Assembly (NCBI GenBank): GCA_038087875.1
Contig: CM075988.1
Coordinates: forward strand, 14,386,001 to 14,450,000
DNA: 64,000 nucleotides
Source: Malacoraja senta
Lineage: Eukaryota
Direction: 5' to 3'
The notes beneath the pieces were generated by a model. The model made no database searches. It saw only the letters and a list, made by a program, of their open reading frames with translations, and was not told the DNA's origin. Of the stretch, positions 26,761 to 40,409 are shown piece after piece (within the stretch, counting starts at the first letter, position 1; every line of letters starts with the position of its first letter). The translations under genes and the position numbers were made by a program.

Positions 26761-27474
26761 ACTGCTCGAGATCATTTGACTGGAACGCCAATTGAGTTAC
26801 TCTAGTTACTGCAGTTGATTTACTCCAGCACTTCATGGCATTTTATTTATTGTTGTATTTATCATTTCTGTATGTAACTGAGAGCTTCTTATGAACAAAG
26901 AATGTCACTGTATCTGACAATAAACTCATCCGAATCTGAATCATTCTGGGATATAGTGATGTGACTTCATGGCTTGTTTAAAAATTAAGTGTTATCACTG
27001 TAGGCAGAGATGAGGTGATTTGTTTTTCTCTTAGACGATTGCTACTGGATTACCATCACCACACATTTACAATGGAACTTCACTTTATACATTTATTGTT
27101 CATAATGATCAAATTGTGTCCTTCAGAAATTTATAATGGCTGTTATTATTGAGATTGATCATGCATTAGTATTAAGATTAATCATACATTTGTATTATAG
27201 CATTACATTGGATTTATTTATCTGTCTTTTCCAAAGGACTGGGGAACAAAGTCTGAATATTTTTAAGGTAGAGGTAGACTCTTGATAACTGAGGGAGATG
27301 ATAGCCTACTGGCGATAGGCAGGATTGTGAAGCTGTGATCATCAGGTCATCTACGATCTTATCGAATGGTGGAACAGGCTCCGGTGGCCAGGTCATGACT
27401 GATCTGTTTGTAACCACAACACTGCACTTCATCATTCTTTTGTTATCGTTCTTCACATGCATCTAATTGTGTTA

Positions 27475-27787
27475 GACTTTACTTTAGGCTTCATAGATAC
27501 AGCATGGAAACAGGCCCTTTGGTCAATCCAGTCCATGCCGACCAGCGATCACCCTGGTACACTCGCACTCTCCTACACTCTAGGGACAATTTACAATTTA
27601 CAGAAGCCAATTAAGCTACAAATCTGTACGTCTTTGGAGTGTGGGAGGAAACTGGAGCACCCTGAGAAAACCCATGCGGTCACAGGGAGAATGTCCAAAC
27701 TCCTGACAGCCAGCACCCGTAGTCTGGCCTGGGTCTGTGGTGCTGCAAGGCAGCAACTCTACCAGTGGTTGTGCTACTGTGCTGCCC
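27475..27787 (-). mobile_element. HE1/V-SINE-type SINE
   Basis: Same family motifs in reverse complement. Confidence 0.75.
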
Positions 27788-28358
27788 CTTGTGTTATTAA
27801 TTTGAAATCTTCCAATTGACTATTGTTACAGAATAAATTGAAAGTGTGGTATTAATATTCCATTCTGAAGGATCACCTGACATTAGTTGTCTAAAACTAT
27901 CCAGATTGCATGTCAAACTCAACATTTAATTTCTGTTGACAACAAATGATATGAAACCTACCGTCATAAATGAACCATCTCTCTGCTTTACAATCCAATA
28001 GCAATACATTTTTTGTCAAAGTCTACACCCATGACTCCCAAATGTCAAACTAATGACAAATGGTTAGATTAAGGTTCGAGATGAGATACTACATTGTGTG
28101 CATGCATCAAGAGGTAACAGAGACGAGGAAAAAAACCAAACGGAATAATTATTTTGGGCCATTCTGTTATTCCCAGCACCATTATTCCGTATCGTTTTAC
28201 TAAGTTGTCGACCATGCATTGAGAAGGGAAATCATGCATAGTTCTCAGCCAGCTTTGTAAATAATTCACAACAAAAGTGCAATTGTGTTGAAATTACCTA
28301 TAACAGCGTGAATGTAATTGAAAGTCTTAGCCACGATATAATGAATAAATTACATAGC

Positions 28359-29170
28359 TCAGGGTAAGTGCAGACAATATTACTGCACCGATGTTTGCTG
28401 CTCAGTGGAAGTTGACAATATTCTTCTTGAATATGGTGTTCAACATACACTTAACTTCCAAATATTTGAGTATTTCGAGGGGGTGGTGTGGGGGGGAGGG
28501 ATGGTGTGGGCGGGAGGGGGTGGAGTGGGGGGGGGGAGGGGGTGGTGTGGGGGGATGGGGTGGTGTGGGGGGGAAGGGGGGTGTGTGGGGGGAGGGAGGG
28601 ACTCCACTCAGCGGCCACCGGCCGCGGCACCACACAGCACCTCCCGACTCCACACTGTGGCTTTCCCGACTCCACACAGCACCTCCCGACTCAACACAGC
28701 GGCTTACCGGACTCCACACAGCGGCTTACCCGACTCCACACAGCGGCTTTCCTGACTCCTCACAGCGGCTTTCCCGACTCCACACAGTGGCGTTCCCGAC
28801 TCCACACAGCGGAGTTCCCGACTCCACACAGCGGCTTTCCCGACTCCATTCTTGCGGACTCAATTAGCACTAGTTGTGGACTCAGCCCTGCCTCTGGGAT
28901 GTTTTATTCTCCAGCAGGTGCTGAAAGGGGCGTTACCTTCATGGTGACTGACAGGCGAGAAGACCAATCTGCTGATCTCACAATTATTTAAACCTTCATA
29001 ACTTTTGTATTATTCCACCGATCGGAACAAAACTTGGTGCGCGTGGAGCAGAGGAGAACGGTGAGTAAGGTGGCGAAAAATCCTAGCAATAAAGTGTACC
29101 GTTTTTGCGCACATTTTTTTTTAAAGCAAATCGCAAGTGGTCAAGATGAGAGTTTTAGTAATAGTATAGA
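28359..29170 (-). mobile_element. Candidate non-autonomous Helitron-like element containing a G-rich tract and a minisatellite
   Basis: Minus-strand 5' end A|TCTATACTATTACTAAAACTC; 3' end hairpin GTGCAG-n9-CTGCAC (28368-28388) followed by CTGA (CTRR). The expected T after the 3' end is absent. Confidence 0.45.
28643..28848. repeat. Minisatellite, about 22-bp unit cccgactccacacagcggcttt, about 9-10 copies
   Basis: Tandem units visible directly. Confidence 0.9.
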
Positions 29171-31028
29171 TATCCTTGACCATTTTCTTGATCTCTACTG
29201 GCCCAAGTCAATGAATACAGTTCATTTGTGTCACTGGAATCAGTTAAGTCCACACATACAAGTTCTCTCCAGCCTGCATTTTAAGTCATACATTAGCCAT
29301 GCAGCGATCAGGAAAATATAACGAGCTTGTCGTGAACATTGTCTTCAGCCAGTAATTCAATGTAGGGCAAGACTCTTTTATCTTGCGTGTTTTTCTGTTT
29401 ATTCCCAAGTTTGACTTTCCTGTTGATAGCTGCCATCCCTGTCAGTGCACCAACATGATAGGAAAGATATAAGCTGTTCATTCTTGCTCCTCGCCATGCT
29501 TAATTGACAGAATTCAGGGCTCCAGGCCCACTGCTCCAGCAAAACATGGGTTAAAATAAAAGCAAGTGTCATGGCCCGTAATGACATCTGGATGAGTGTA
29601 GTATTCTAACCATGGGTCATGTGGTCTCCAGCACTAACAGGGAATGACGTCCAAAAATGGCTGGTCTCGTTGCCAGAGTTTATCACCCCCTGTCAGTGCA
29701 AGTCAATCCTCTCCAAAGTCAGAACGTAGCACTGCTGGAAGCTGTTTGGATGCAGTGGAGACCTGACGCAACTCACATCCATCAATGCCAATTTGGACTA
29801 TTTGTTGGACAATACGTAAAATTCATGATACATTCGAGGCGAATGCAGGTAAGTTTGTAGACAGAACGGGAGACTAGGGTTTGGGACAGAAGTCAGAGAA
29901 GTGGAATCGATGCCAACGATCCGATCCCCAACAGCAACTTTAGAGTGACGGTGCAGTCTGGAGCTGCAGCAATGGGCATGCGTCATGTGCCACTTTAACA
30001 TTCACATCACATCCCCATGACCACCATGTTTGCAATAAAACATGAACGATGTATTTACCCAGAGCGCTGCGCTACGTTTGTAAGGATGTTTATTAAAAAT
30101 TACCGAACATGCAGAGCATAAAATGTGCCATCCACATCTGCTGTGTGTCTTACTGCAGTGTAACAGGATCTCATACTGTTCAACGTTGCAACCTGCTGCC
30201 CTCTTGCCCCGCTGAATAACTATTTCTCTGAACCAACAATCTTTCTTCTGTTCAAGATGACGCCCGAGACAGTCACTGCCTCTACTTCCGTTAACAAACA
30301 CGGCTGGAAGCAGCATGCAACAAAGGAAGATATTTGGGCCTTCGAGGCTTTGTTGTCAACCATTACTTTGAATCAGCTACATAAAAGGCACACCAGGGAA
30401 GTTTGCAGCAAAGGAAATAATTATAAGAAGATTTTATCTTGGTCCTGAAATCCGTAGGATATTTAGAGCAGTAATTGAAACAGTATCAAATAAAATGATT
30501 TAGTTTTAAACCAGGAAAAGTACAAACATACTCAGAAAAGAAGAGTTATTGGAATTTGAAGTATCAGCAGGCAATTCTTCAGATGCTACACAACAGAACA
30601 GAATCGAAGTCAGCAGAGAAAAAATAGAGGAGAGGGGCAGTGCCAAAAAATTCAAAAGGGCGCAATACAAAGAAAGGCCAAGGGAATGAATGAACAAAAA
30701 GATTCCAGTAGTAAACTAGAAGTAGCAAACATTCTTCCCGTGAACCTGCGTGGGTTTACTCCGGGATATCCGGTTTCCTCCCACACTCCAAGTGTAAGTG
30801 TGCGGGGATCACTGGTCGCCATGGACTCGGTGGGCCGAAGGGCCTGTTGCTGCGTTGTATCTCCAATCTAAACTAAATTTAGATGTTTAATATCTCTTTG
30901 ATAAAGCCTATACACTTCAAGACCAAATGGAGTAAAGGACCCTTGGTTACCAATTTGAGAACATACCCTTTACCTCGCTGTTACCACAATAGATGCGGAC
31001 CTACAAACCAGGAACTGGCTCACTGATA

Positions 31029-31120
31029 CTCTGAAGAAGGGTCTCGACCTGAACGTCACCCATTCCTTCTCTCCAGAGATGCTGCCTGTTCCGCTGAGTT
31101 ACTCCAGCATTTTGTGTCTA
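31029..31120 (+). mobile_element. Single-arm pLTR mini-element
   Basis: ctgaagaagggtctcgacctgaacgtcacc...; TSD tcactgata at 31020-31028 and 31121-31129. Confidence 0.7.
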
Positions 31121-32695
31121 TCACTGATAGTCAGCATGTGTTTCTCCAGGACTATTTTGTTTCAGGAGAAAAGCAGAAATTATCAAAATCAAAGTCAAAG
31201 TATCCTTTATTGTCATTCAGACCTTTCGGTCTGAACGAAATTCCGTGCCTGCAGTCATACATATAATAAAAATAACAAAAACACACAATAAACACAAATT
31301 TAACATCCACCACAGTGAGTTCACCAGGCACCTCCTCACTGTGATGGAAGGCAAAAATCTTAAAGTCTTTGTCTCTTCCCTCCTTGTTCGCCCTCTGCGC
31401 TGAGGCAATCCAAGTAAGTCAGTCCCGCGGCTGAATCCAGCTCCGCGAACGGGCCGGTTCAAACTCCGCGGCCCGGGGTGGTCGAAGCTGCCGAAGCTGC
31501 CGCCCTCCAGTCCAGCGGACGAAGCTGTTGTTGCGGGAGCTCCGGAAAAACAGGTCACCAGAAATCATTAGCAAGTCTGGCAACGATTGTGGATAGAGAA
31601 CCAGTTAAAGTCCCAGGTCTAAGATATTTCAATGAACAGAGAAAGCGAGAAATAATATTTTCACAGATGCTGCCTGGCCTGCTGAGTGTTTGTAACATTT
31701 TTTTTAAATTCTGGGACCAGATAGTCTTGTAGAAACTTAAACTAACCATCAGTGAGCAAGTTGCAGGCAAGTAGTTCGAAAGGTCATGTCAAATTTAGAT
31801 TTTTAATATCTCTTTGATAAAGTGTATAAACTTCAAGAGCATACTCTTATTACTAATTTGACCTCACTAGAATTAGACCATTCGGCCCATCAAGTCCACT
31901 CCGCCATTCAATCATGGCTGATCTATCTCTCCCTCCAAACCCCATTCTCCTGCCCCCTTAAAAGTTGAAGTTATAATTACAGAATTGTCAACTGCAAGCC
32001 TTTCCAGTCCCTACTGTCTTCTCAGTTGTTCCAAGATACTGTCATGTACAGATGCTCAAAACCAGGGAAATAGCCCATTGGTAACATGCTTCTCCATGTA
32101 GCTGCGCATTTGTATCTTGTTTCCATGTAATCTGAACAAGTGACTCTGTAAAAGGCCCGTGGTGAAGAGACAGTTCTTCAAATGAAGCCTTATCAGAGGG
32201 AACAGCAATACGAGAGGAATCTGCTCTAACCAACAGCTTCTGCTGATGACTACTGCACAGACCACAGAGAGTCACGTGCACAAAACTAATTACCTGAAAG
32301 CACAGCTCAAGAGTGCTGGGTTAATGTTCAGATTCTTCAGTTGCTGCATCTCTGTGGATGCAAACATGCACTAGGCAATAGAGAGCTACAAATGAACAAC
32401 ATTTGTAACCTACATATATGTCTTTCCCAAGATATATCACAAGGAATTCAGCAAGGCAGAGGTAATTGTGTCCTTCTCATTATTAAAAGGAAACTGATTT
32501 GACTCACATTCATCAGAGGTTATAGATATTTCACTCTATAATTAATACAATTAGGAAATTAATAAACTGATGCATTGCATCTCAATCTCTGAGTTTGACG
32601 AGGCTTGGGTTCAATTGCAAGGGTGCTGGGAAATTGGGGTCACAATGCAGAACAGCCAGTGGTGCAGATCTGCACAAAAGCTTGATGGCCACTTC

Positions 32696-34437
32696 CAGAA
32701 AATAGGTGCAGGAGGAGGCCCTTCGGCCCTTCGAGCCAGCACCGCCATTCATTGTAATCATGGCTGATCGTCCCCAATCAATAACCCTTGCCTGCCTTCT
32801 CCCCATATCCCTTGATTCCACTATCCCCTTGAACTCTCTCTAACTTTCTCTTAAATCCATCCAGTGACTTGGCCTCCACTGCCCTCTGTGGCAGAGAATT
32901 CCACAAATTCACAACTCTCTGGGTGAAATTTGTTTTTCTCACCTCAGTCTTAAATGGCTTCCCCTTTATTCTAAGACTGTGTCCTTGGTTCTGGACTCAA
33001 CCAACATTGGGAACATTTTTCCTGCATCTAGCTTGTCCAGTCCTTTTATAATTTTATATGTTTCTATAAGATCCCCTTCATCCTTCTAAACTCCAGTGAA
33101 TACAAGCCTAGTCTTTTCAATCTTTCCTCATATGACAGTCCCGCCATCCCAGGGATCAATCTCGTGAACCTATGCTGCCCTGCCTCAATCGCAAGGATGT
33201 CCTTCCTCAAATTAGGAAACCAAAACTCTGCACAATACTCCAGATGTGGTCTCACCAGAGCCCTATACAACTGCAGAAGAACCTCTTTACTCCTATACTG
33301 AAATCCTCTTGTTATGAAGGCCAACATTCCATTAGCTTTCTTCACTGCCTGCTGTTCCTGCACGCCAACTTTCAGTGACCGGTGTACAAGGACGCCCAGA
33401 TCTCGCTGCACCTACCCTTACCTAACCTAACCCCATTGAGATAATAATCTGCCCCCTTGTTTTTGCCGCCAAAGTGGATAACCTCACATTTATCTATATT
33501 ATACTGCATCTGCCACGCATCTGCCCACTCACTCAACCTGTCCAGGTCACCCTGCAACCTCCTAACGTCCTCTTCACAGTTCACACTGCCACCCAGCTTC
33601 GTGTCATCCGCAAACCTGCTAGTGTTGCTCCTAATTCCCTCTTCCAAATCATTAATATATATGGTAAACAGTTGCGGCCCCAACACCGAGCCTTGCGGCA
33701 CTCCACTCGCCACTGCCTGCCATTTGCGTTCACTCCTACTCTTTGCTTCCTGTCTGCCAACCAATTTTCTATCCATGTCAACACCCTTCCCCCAATACCA
33801 TGTGCTCTAATTTTAGTCACCAGTCTCCCGTGCGGGACCTTATCAAAGGCTTTCTGAAAGTCTAGATACACTACATCCACTGGCACCCCTTCATCCATTT
33901 TACTTGTCATATTCTCAAAAAATTCCAGAAGATTAGTCAAGCATGATTTCCCTTTCATAAATCCATGTTGACTTGGACTAATCCTTTTACTGCTATCCAA
34001 ATGCCCCATTATTACCTCTTTAATAATTGACTCCAGCATCTTTCCCACCACCGAAGTCAGGCTAACTGGTCTGTAATTCCCCGTTTTCTCTCTCGCTCCT
34101 TTCTTGAAAAGTGGGATAACATTAGCTATCCTCCAATCCACAGGAACTGATCCTGAATCTATTGAACATTGGAAAATGATCACCAATGCGTCCACTATTT
34201 CTAGAGCCACCTCCATGAGGACCCTGGGATGCAGACCATCAGGCCCAGGGGATTTATCATCCTTCAGTCCCATTAGCCTACCCAATACTATTTCTCGCCT
34301 AATGAAAATTTATTTCAGTTCCTCTACCCCCTTAGATCCTCTGTCCTCCAGTACATCTGGGAGATTGTTTGTGTCTTCCTTAGTGAAGACAGATCCCAAG
34401 TACCTGTTCAATTCTGCCATTTCCTTGTTACCCATAA
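32696..34437 (-). mobile_element. CR1-clade LINE, 5'-truncated RT region with 3' UTR (frameshifted)
   Basis: ORFs 33581..34285, 33372..33776 and 33064..33411: [68 protein letters not shown]. Confidence 0.92.
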
Positions 34438-34507
34438 TTGCTGATGATGATTGACAGAACAACTCCCTTCACCAGTGTGCTCTCTCAACACACAAGGGCG
34501 ATGTAAC

Positions 34508-34637
34508 CTGAAGAAGGGTCCTGATCCAGAACGTCACTCATCCTTTTTCTCCAGAGTTGCTGCCAGTCCCACTGAGTTACTCCAGCTTTTTGTGTCTAAC
34601 TTCGGTTTAAACCAGCATCTGCAGTTCCTTCCTACAC
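34508..34637 (+). mobile_element. Single-arm pLTR mini-element
   Basis: ctgaagaagggtcc...aacgtcac...gagttactccagc...aaccagcatctgcagttccttcctacac. Confidence 0.65.
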
Positions 34638-35649
34638 ATTACTCCAGTACTATGTGCCTATCTAAATGAAACATGAGACTGATGACAGGATGTTGTGGGA
34701 ATCCAAATGGAATACTTTTCCAGTGAAATGGTAGCGCTGCTGAATGGTCCAGTGTTTGGGGGCACTAATGACAATGAGCAGCTATATTTGCTACATCATG
34801 AAAGTACTGAGCAACATAGCACTTCCACAGATGAACCGTTTTATGCAAAAATCCTAATGGCGGTGCTATTCTACCACCCTCACCAAAGGAAATCAATAAT
34901 ATCAACATGATCATAAGGTATTTATAAACCAGTCTCATTCTAAAATACTTTGAATATCTGATGTTTTTTGCATGAGGTTTTAAATGGCATACTTAGCAGT
35001 GATTACTACTCAGCAATCTCAATGGGTCCATAAAACTAATTTATGTGGATTGTAGTTCTTTCTCATAACTATTTTAAAATATTAAAAAGATTAAAATTAT
35101 TTTGCTCCCTTCAAAGGAGTTTATGAGATTTCAGTTCTACTTTGATCGTATGTGTGTTCTAATCTTTTATCAATGTTCTTTAAAAAGCTGGAGAAGTAAA
35201 TAAAAAATTGTGGGCTTTTTTTCCTGCCCCAACCCCCCTCTATCACAACACTGCAGGGTTGATGTTTGGTTGATATTTGGTTGTGCTGGGTAAAGAGGCC
35301 AGATACACTTCAAATTTATCACCTCTTCCTTACAGCAGCTATGACTGGCGGGATGCAGTATGTCCCATTCATCTTTTCTATATTTTATTCATTTGTAATG
35401 ATTTTAATTAATTTCAACAACACAAGAACAAGAACTCAAGCAAACGGGAGCAAGAGTTGAACATCAAGCCCTTCAAACCTGTACCACTATTTAATATAAT
35501 CATAGATGATCAATGCTGGTCTCAATCTTCTGTGCTATTTCTCCATGCCTCTCTATTCCTCGGTCAATCAAATATTTATCCACCTTCACTTTAAGTTTAA
35601 ATTTATTCTCCCCATTTATTGACTATAGCTTGCTCCACTTTCAACACCA

Positions 35650-36330
35650 TAAATCCAACCAAACAAATATCCAAACTTTTAGACAAAGGACTCAGCACTC
35701 TGCAAATGGATCATTGACTTCCTATCCATACACTGCAACTAATAAGGACAGGCAACAAAACATCCTCCAAGATAATTCTCTGCCCTCAGCCCTGCTCTCT
35801 TTATACTCACGACTGTGCAGTAAAATACTGCCCTAACTCCATTTATGTTTGCAGATACCACCTTTGCGGGGTGAATCTTGCTCAATGACGAGATGGAGTA
35901 CAGAAAGAAGATAGGGAGCTTAATGGTGTGGTGTCAAGACCACCAACCTTTCCCACAATTTCAGCAAAACAACAGAGCTGATCATTGACTTCAGTAAGCA
36001 GCGTGGACTGCACACCCCTGTGTCCGTCAACAGTGCTGAAGCATAGATGGTTGAGACCTTCATTATTCTAGGTATAAATATCATCAACAATTTTCCTTCT
36101 TCAACCACATCTGTGTTATAGCCCAGAAAGCACTCCAATGCCACAATGTCCTCAGAAGACTAAAGAAATTCAACATTTGCCCAATGATTCTTACCATTTT
36201 CTACAAACTCACCATAGAAAACATCATATCGGGCTGCTTGATAACATGGTATGGTAACTGGTCCGCCCAAGACAGCAAGAAACTGCAGAGTGTTATAGAT
36301 GCAGCCCAGTCCATCTCACAAACCATCCTC
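35650..36330 (+). mobile_element. Rex1/Babar-like LINE fragment
   Basis: FADTT-like region, then ILTIFYKLTIENIISGCLITWYGNWSAQDSKKLQSVI. Confidence 0.65.
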
Positions 36331-36632
36331 TCACCATTAGCTGAAGCAAGTTTGTGCCAGGGAGTGGTGATTCTATGTACTGGTCCCAGAAGAGGATCGA
36401 CTGTTATGCATTACAATTGTTCTATTCTTTTAAATTGCTATTCCAATTGGAAATCCATCAGGGTTTCTACAAATACTAACAATATTCTCTTTAATCGTCT
36501 TCGAGTTCTGACGATCGTACACTGCAGTTGTAACACTGTGACCCTGCAGCACCAGATCCTGCACTGTTACTTGTCTCTATGCATTGCCTGTTGCACACAT
36601 GTACGATTTGATTGTACTCATGTATGGTATGT

Positions 36633-37199
36633 CAGGGGCGGAAATCCCGGGGGGGGGACAGGGGACACACGGCCCCCCCATGTTTTAAAAGGCGGGGACA
36701 ACCACCCCCCCCCCCCATGATTTGTAATCCGTATTATTAAAAAAAGCTATTAAAAAATCTCCACTTTCCGCGAGACAGTGGGGGTGGGACTGATAATCGA
36801 GGGCACCGATTGGTCAAGAGAGACGTTGGTCAGCAGGCAGTGGGGGGGGGGACCATGCTGATTCAGCGCGATGATTGGAAGAGGGAGGTGTCGGTCAGAG
36901 GCGGAAGTAGGTGGTTGGGACTGAGGATAGCCGCGGGATCTTCCATCGCCCCCGGTCAAATTGCTGCGTCAAGGCGATCGAGGCTCCCGATGTTGAAGCA
37001 CCCGCGAATGGGCCGATTGAAGGCCCACGATTCGGGGTGGATGAAGCTGCTGTTGCTGGAGTTCGGAGTCGGTCACCAACCAGGTCAGCTCCCGATGTTA
37101 CCATCCACAGGGCCTATGGCCGAAGCCTCGCACCTGTGCGCATGCGCGCGCGGCCGCCAAGAAATGGTGTCCCCCCCATGTTTTGAGAGAGATTTCCGC
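36633..37199. mobile_element. hAT-like non-autonomous element with clipped right end
   Basis: Left end caggggcggaaatc, right end gatttccgc (outer ccctg missing); subterminal ccccccatgtttt repeats; sits inside a LINE 3' tail. Confidence 0.55.
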
Positions 37200-37302
37200 G
37201 ATTTGACTATAATTTGACTTGATAGCACACCAACAAAGTTGTTCAATGTACCTTGGTACACAGGATAATAATAATAAAGAAAACTAACACTTCAGAAAAA
37301 AG

Positions 37303-37490
37303 GAATTGCAGAATCTGGTTTACAAAAGAAGACACAGACTGCTGGAGTAACACAGCAGGTCAAGCAGCATTCGAGGTGAGGCAACAACTTGGTCAGTCTG
37401 AAGAACAGTCCCCGACCTAAAATATCACCTGTCCATGTTTTCCTGGGATGCTGCCTGACCCATTGAGCTATTCCAACACTGTCTTCCATC
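37303..37490. mobile_element. Palindromic pLTR mini-element
   Basis: ggaattgcaga tail, left arm gacacagactgctggagtaac, and right arm gtctgaagaa...gatgctgcctgacc...ttccaacactgtc. Confidence 0.6.
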
Positions 37491-39309
37491 TACACTTTAT
37501 GGTGCCCCGGGAAAGCAGCAATGCTCTTTTCTCTTCTAAAACCTAAGCTCTTAAAAATAGTTGTATTTCATTGCCGATTGTACTTTCTATCTGAAAATGA
37601 AAAATGAAAAATGAGAAATGAAAAGGAAAAGGAAAAATCCAAATCGCTCAAGACAACACAAGCCATCGGTAACCCAAAAGTGAAAGGAACAAGAGGCGAA
37701 GACCATAAATCATTCTTCCACAAGAAACAGTGGTGGCCGCATTGCCAGGCTGATTTTAGTTGTTTTCAGAGACCAGAAGAACCGGCTTCTACCAACCAGA
37801 CAGGATTAATATCTTCTGTATTAATCCACAGATCTGGAAGAGGAATTTTACAACACACCATAAAAAGGAGCCTGCCATTTAGATTATGGACAATCAGTTC
37901 TGTGAAACATCAAACACAAAACCCTCATTCATTCTGCTTCCAGGAATGAGCTAATTTGGCTTTGGGCATCAGACAAAAGGGAACAGGGTGCTTGGCACGG
38001 CCTTTACTCAGTAGCACAAATTAACCTCTGCAAAGAGCCTGAAACATGATGTGCAATCTGGCAAGTGGATTCCACAAGCAGCAGACTGGAGTTGCCAGGT
38101 TACAGGATAGTCTGGCTGGGCAGCTTCTGTTTGTGTCAACAACACCACAGTATTTTGACAAAGTCTGCATTTCAACGTGGCAGGGCCATGTTAGGCAATT
38201 GTGTGCCTAAATGTAACTAGGTTAAGGGCATAACATTCACAGAAAGCTGAGACACATTACTACTTGGACGGCACCCCTTTGGGTTTGTACGCGAGGTGAT
38301 ATTGGCACTTGCCTTCACACTATCAGACCAGCACTGATTATGCAAGTTTCATTTGGCACTTAAGCAGGTATTGAGGTGCTCCAAAAGAAAGCAAGAACAC
38401 TTCTCCCTATTTGTAAATCTTAAACATAAAGCACTGCATCAAAGGAAAAATGCTTTGAAAATGATTTTGAAGGGAAAAACAGTTGCCTTAACCTCTCCTT
38501 TTTACATTAATTGTGTTCTCCTGGCTATTTCCATCTTTAGGTCTGATACCAAAGGGCTACAGATCTTCAGAAGGTTGGGGCAGGATCCAGGGATGGGAAA
38601 GAATGATTGATTAGATTAACCAAATGTTGTACACAGATATCTGTTTAAAAAAAGACAAGGACATTTTATTCGTGTTGAGATATAGAGGAGGGCAGCACTT
38701 TCAAAGGGTCCATTAAATAGGCTAAGCTCCTGCTAGCAGGGCTAACTGTGCAAACAGAAGAGTATATTTGGATTAAAACAGAATCTTCATTCAAAGGAAA
38801 CAAAATGGGAGTGTTCCCTGATAAACTGCAACTAAGCAGGTTTTGAACTTGCTAATCACGTACCAACAACATTTCCTTCATGTGTTTGTGTTCGTAAAGC
38901 AGGTTTTCATAACCGGAGGGGGTGAAATCAGGAGGTGCTCAACCAAGAAGAAATAAATGCCTTATTTTTAGTACAGTGCTTTTTCAAAACCTCACAACAA
39001 CCCAAAGCTTTCGGGCACCAATGAAACTTTTTGAAAGCACATATAATGTTGGTAACATGCAGGCTGTTTGCATATAAGACCCCACAAGCAGTAAAGTTAA
39101 GATATAAAATGGGCACGTGATGGATGGAAGTGGCCTCCTCATGCACTTCCTGAACCTAATCAGCACCACAATAAAGGTACCTCAGACACAGTCCACAATC
39201 ATCACCCCCCACTGAGATATGGGATGCATTGGGAGGGCCGGATAACTCGGGAAAGAATCAGTCTCCTTAAGAATCAATGTGGTCATCTATGGCATTTACA
39301 GTCGTAAGT

Positions 39310-39830
39310 ATTACAGTCATAAAACATGGAAACATGCCCTTCAGCCCAACTCATCTATGCCAATCAAGATGCCCCACATGAGCTAATCCCATTTGCCCAT
39401 GTTTGACATTGAAACTTTCCAATCTATCTACCTGTCCAAATGTCTTTTAAATGCTGTGATAATAACTGCTTCAACTACCTCCTCTGCCAGCTCATTCCAT
39501 CTACCCACCACCCTCGAGTTAAAATTCTATTATATCTTGCCCCTCTCACCTTAAACCCATGTCCTCTGATTTTGATTCCTTCACCCTGGGTAAAATACTC
39601 TGGGTGTACACCCTATCTATTCTCCTCATGATTTTACACACTTCTGTAAAATTACACCTCAGCCTCCTGCGCTCCATGGAATAAAGTCCTAGCTTGTCCA
39701 ACATCTCTGTAGTTCTGGTCCTCGACTCCTGACAACATCATCATAAATCTTCTCTGCACTCTTTCCAGCTTAATGACATCCCTCCTATAGCCGGGTGTCC
39801 TAAACTGAACACTACTCACAACATCCCAAC
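39310..39830 (-). mobile_element. CR1 3' fragment
   Basis: VQFRTPGYRRDVIKLERVQRRF and the CR1 3' tail (catggaaacatgcccttcagccc). Confidence 0.7.
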
Positions 39831-39844
39831 TTCGATAATTAATT

Positions 39845-40016
39845 ACAGACACAAAATGCTGGAGTAACTCAATGGGACAGGCAGTATCTCTGGAGAGAAG
39901 GAATGTGAAACATCCCACATTCCTTCTCTCCAGAGATGCTGCCTGCCCGGCAAGTTAATCCAGCATTTTGTTTCTATCTTCGATTTAAACCAGTATCTGC
40001 AGTCCTTTCCTACACA
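39845..40016. mobile_element. Palindromic pLTR mini-element with centre (ribozyme core) deleted, inserted next to a CR1
   Basis: Arms gacacaaaatgctggagtaact...ctctggagagaaggaatgtg and cacattccttctctccagag...cagcattttg; TSD ttcgataat(t/c)aatt at 39831-39844 and 40017-40030. Confidence 0.75.
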
Positions 40017-40409
40017 TTCGATAATCAATTCCCTGACTGTACCAAAAGCCTTGTTCAAAAACATAGTATTTAGTGTAAAGAGGCGTCATAACACACTGTG
40101 TCTTTACTACTGTTTATTCATGATACACATACTTTACTGCCCTAGCTGTTCGTGGTCTGTCACCGGAACCAGAGAGCGAGCACTGGGTGGGAAGGTTGTA
40201 ATTATACTAGTGATGTGGGGAGTGGTTAGTAGTGGTGAGGTCACTATGTTAAAGGTACATGCATAAGTTACTCCAACATTTTGTTTCTATCTTCGATTTA
40301 AACCAGTATCTGCAGTTCTTTCCTACACATTCAATAATCAATTCCCTGACTGTACCAAAAGCCTTGTTCAAAAACATAGTATTTAGGTAATGGTATGAAT
40401 TTCATTTCC

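Noticed and set aside
28620..28850. CRISPR-like array
   Set aside because: Head-to-tail tandem units without unique spacers, in a vertebrate context; it is a minisatellite.
28391..28991. Gly/Pro-rich ORFs of 105-167 aa
   Set aside because: Produced by the G-run tract and minisatellite, which lack stop codons.
39158..39180. Second RE1 site (tcagcaccacaataaagg)
   Set aside because: Only the left half-site matches; GGACAG is absent.
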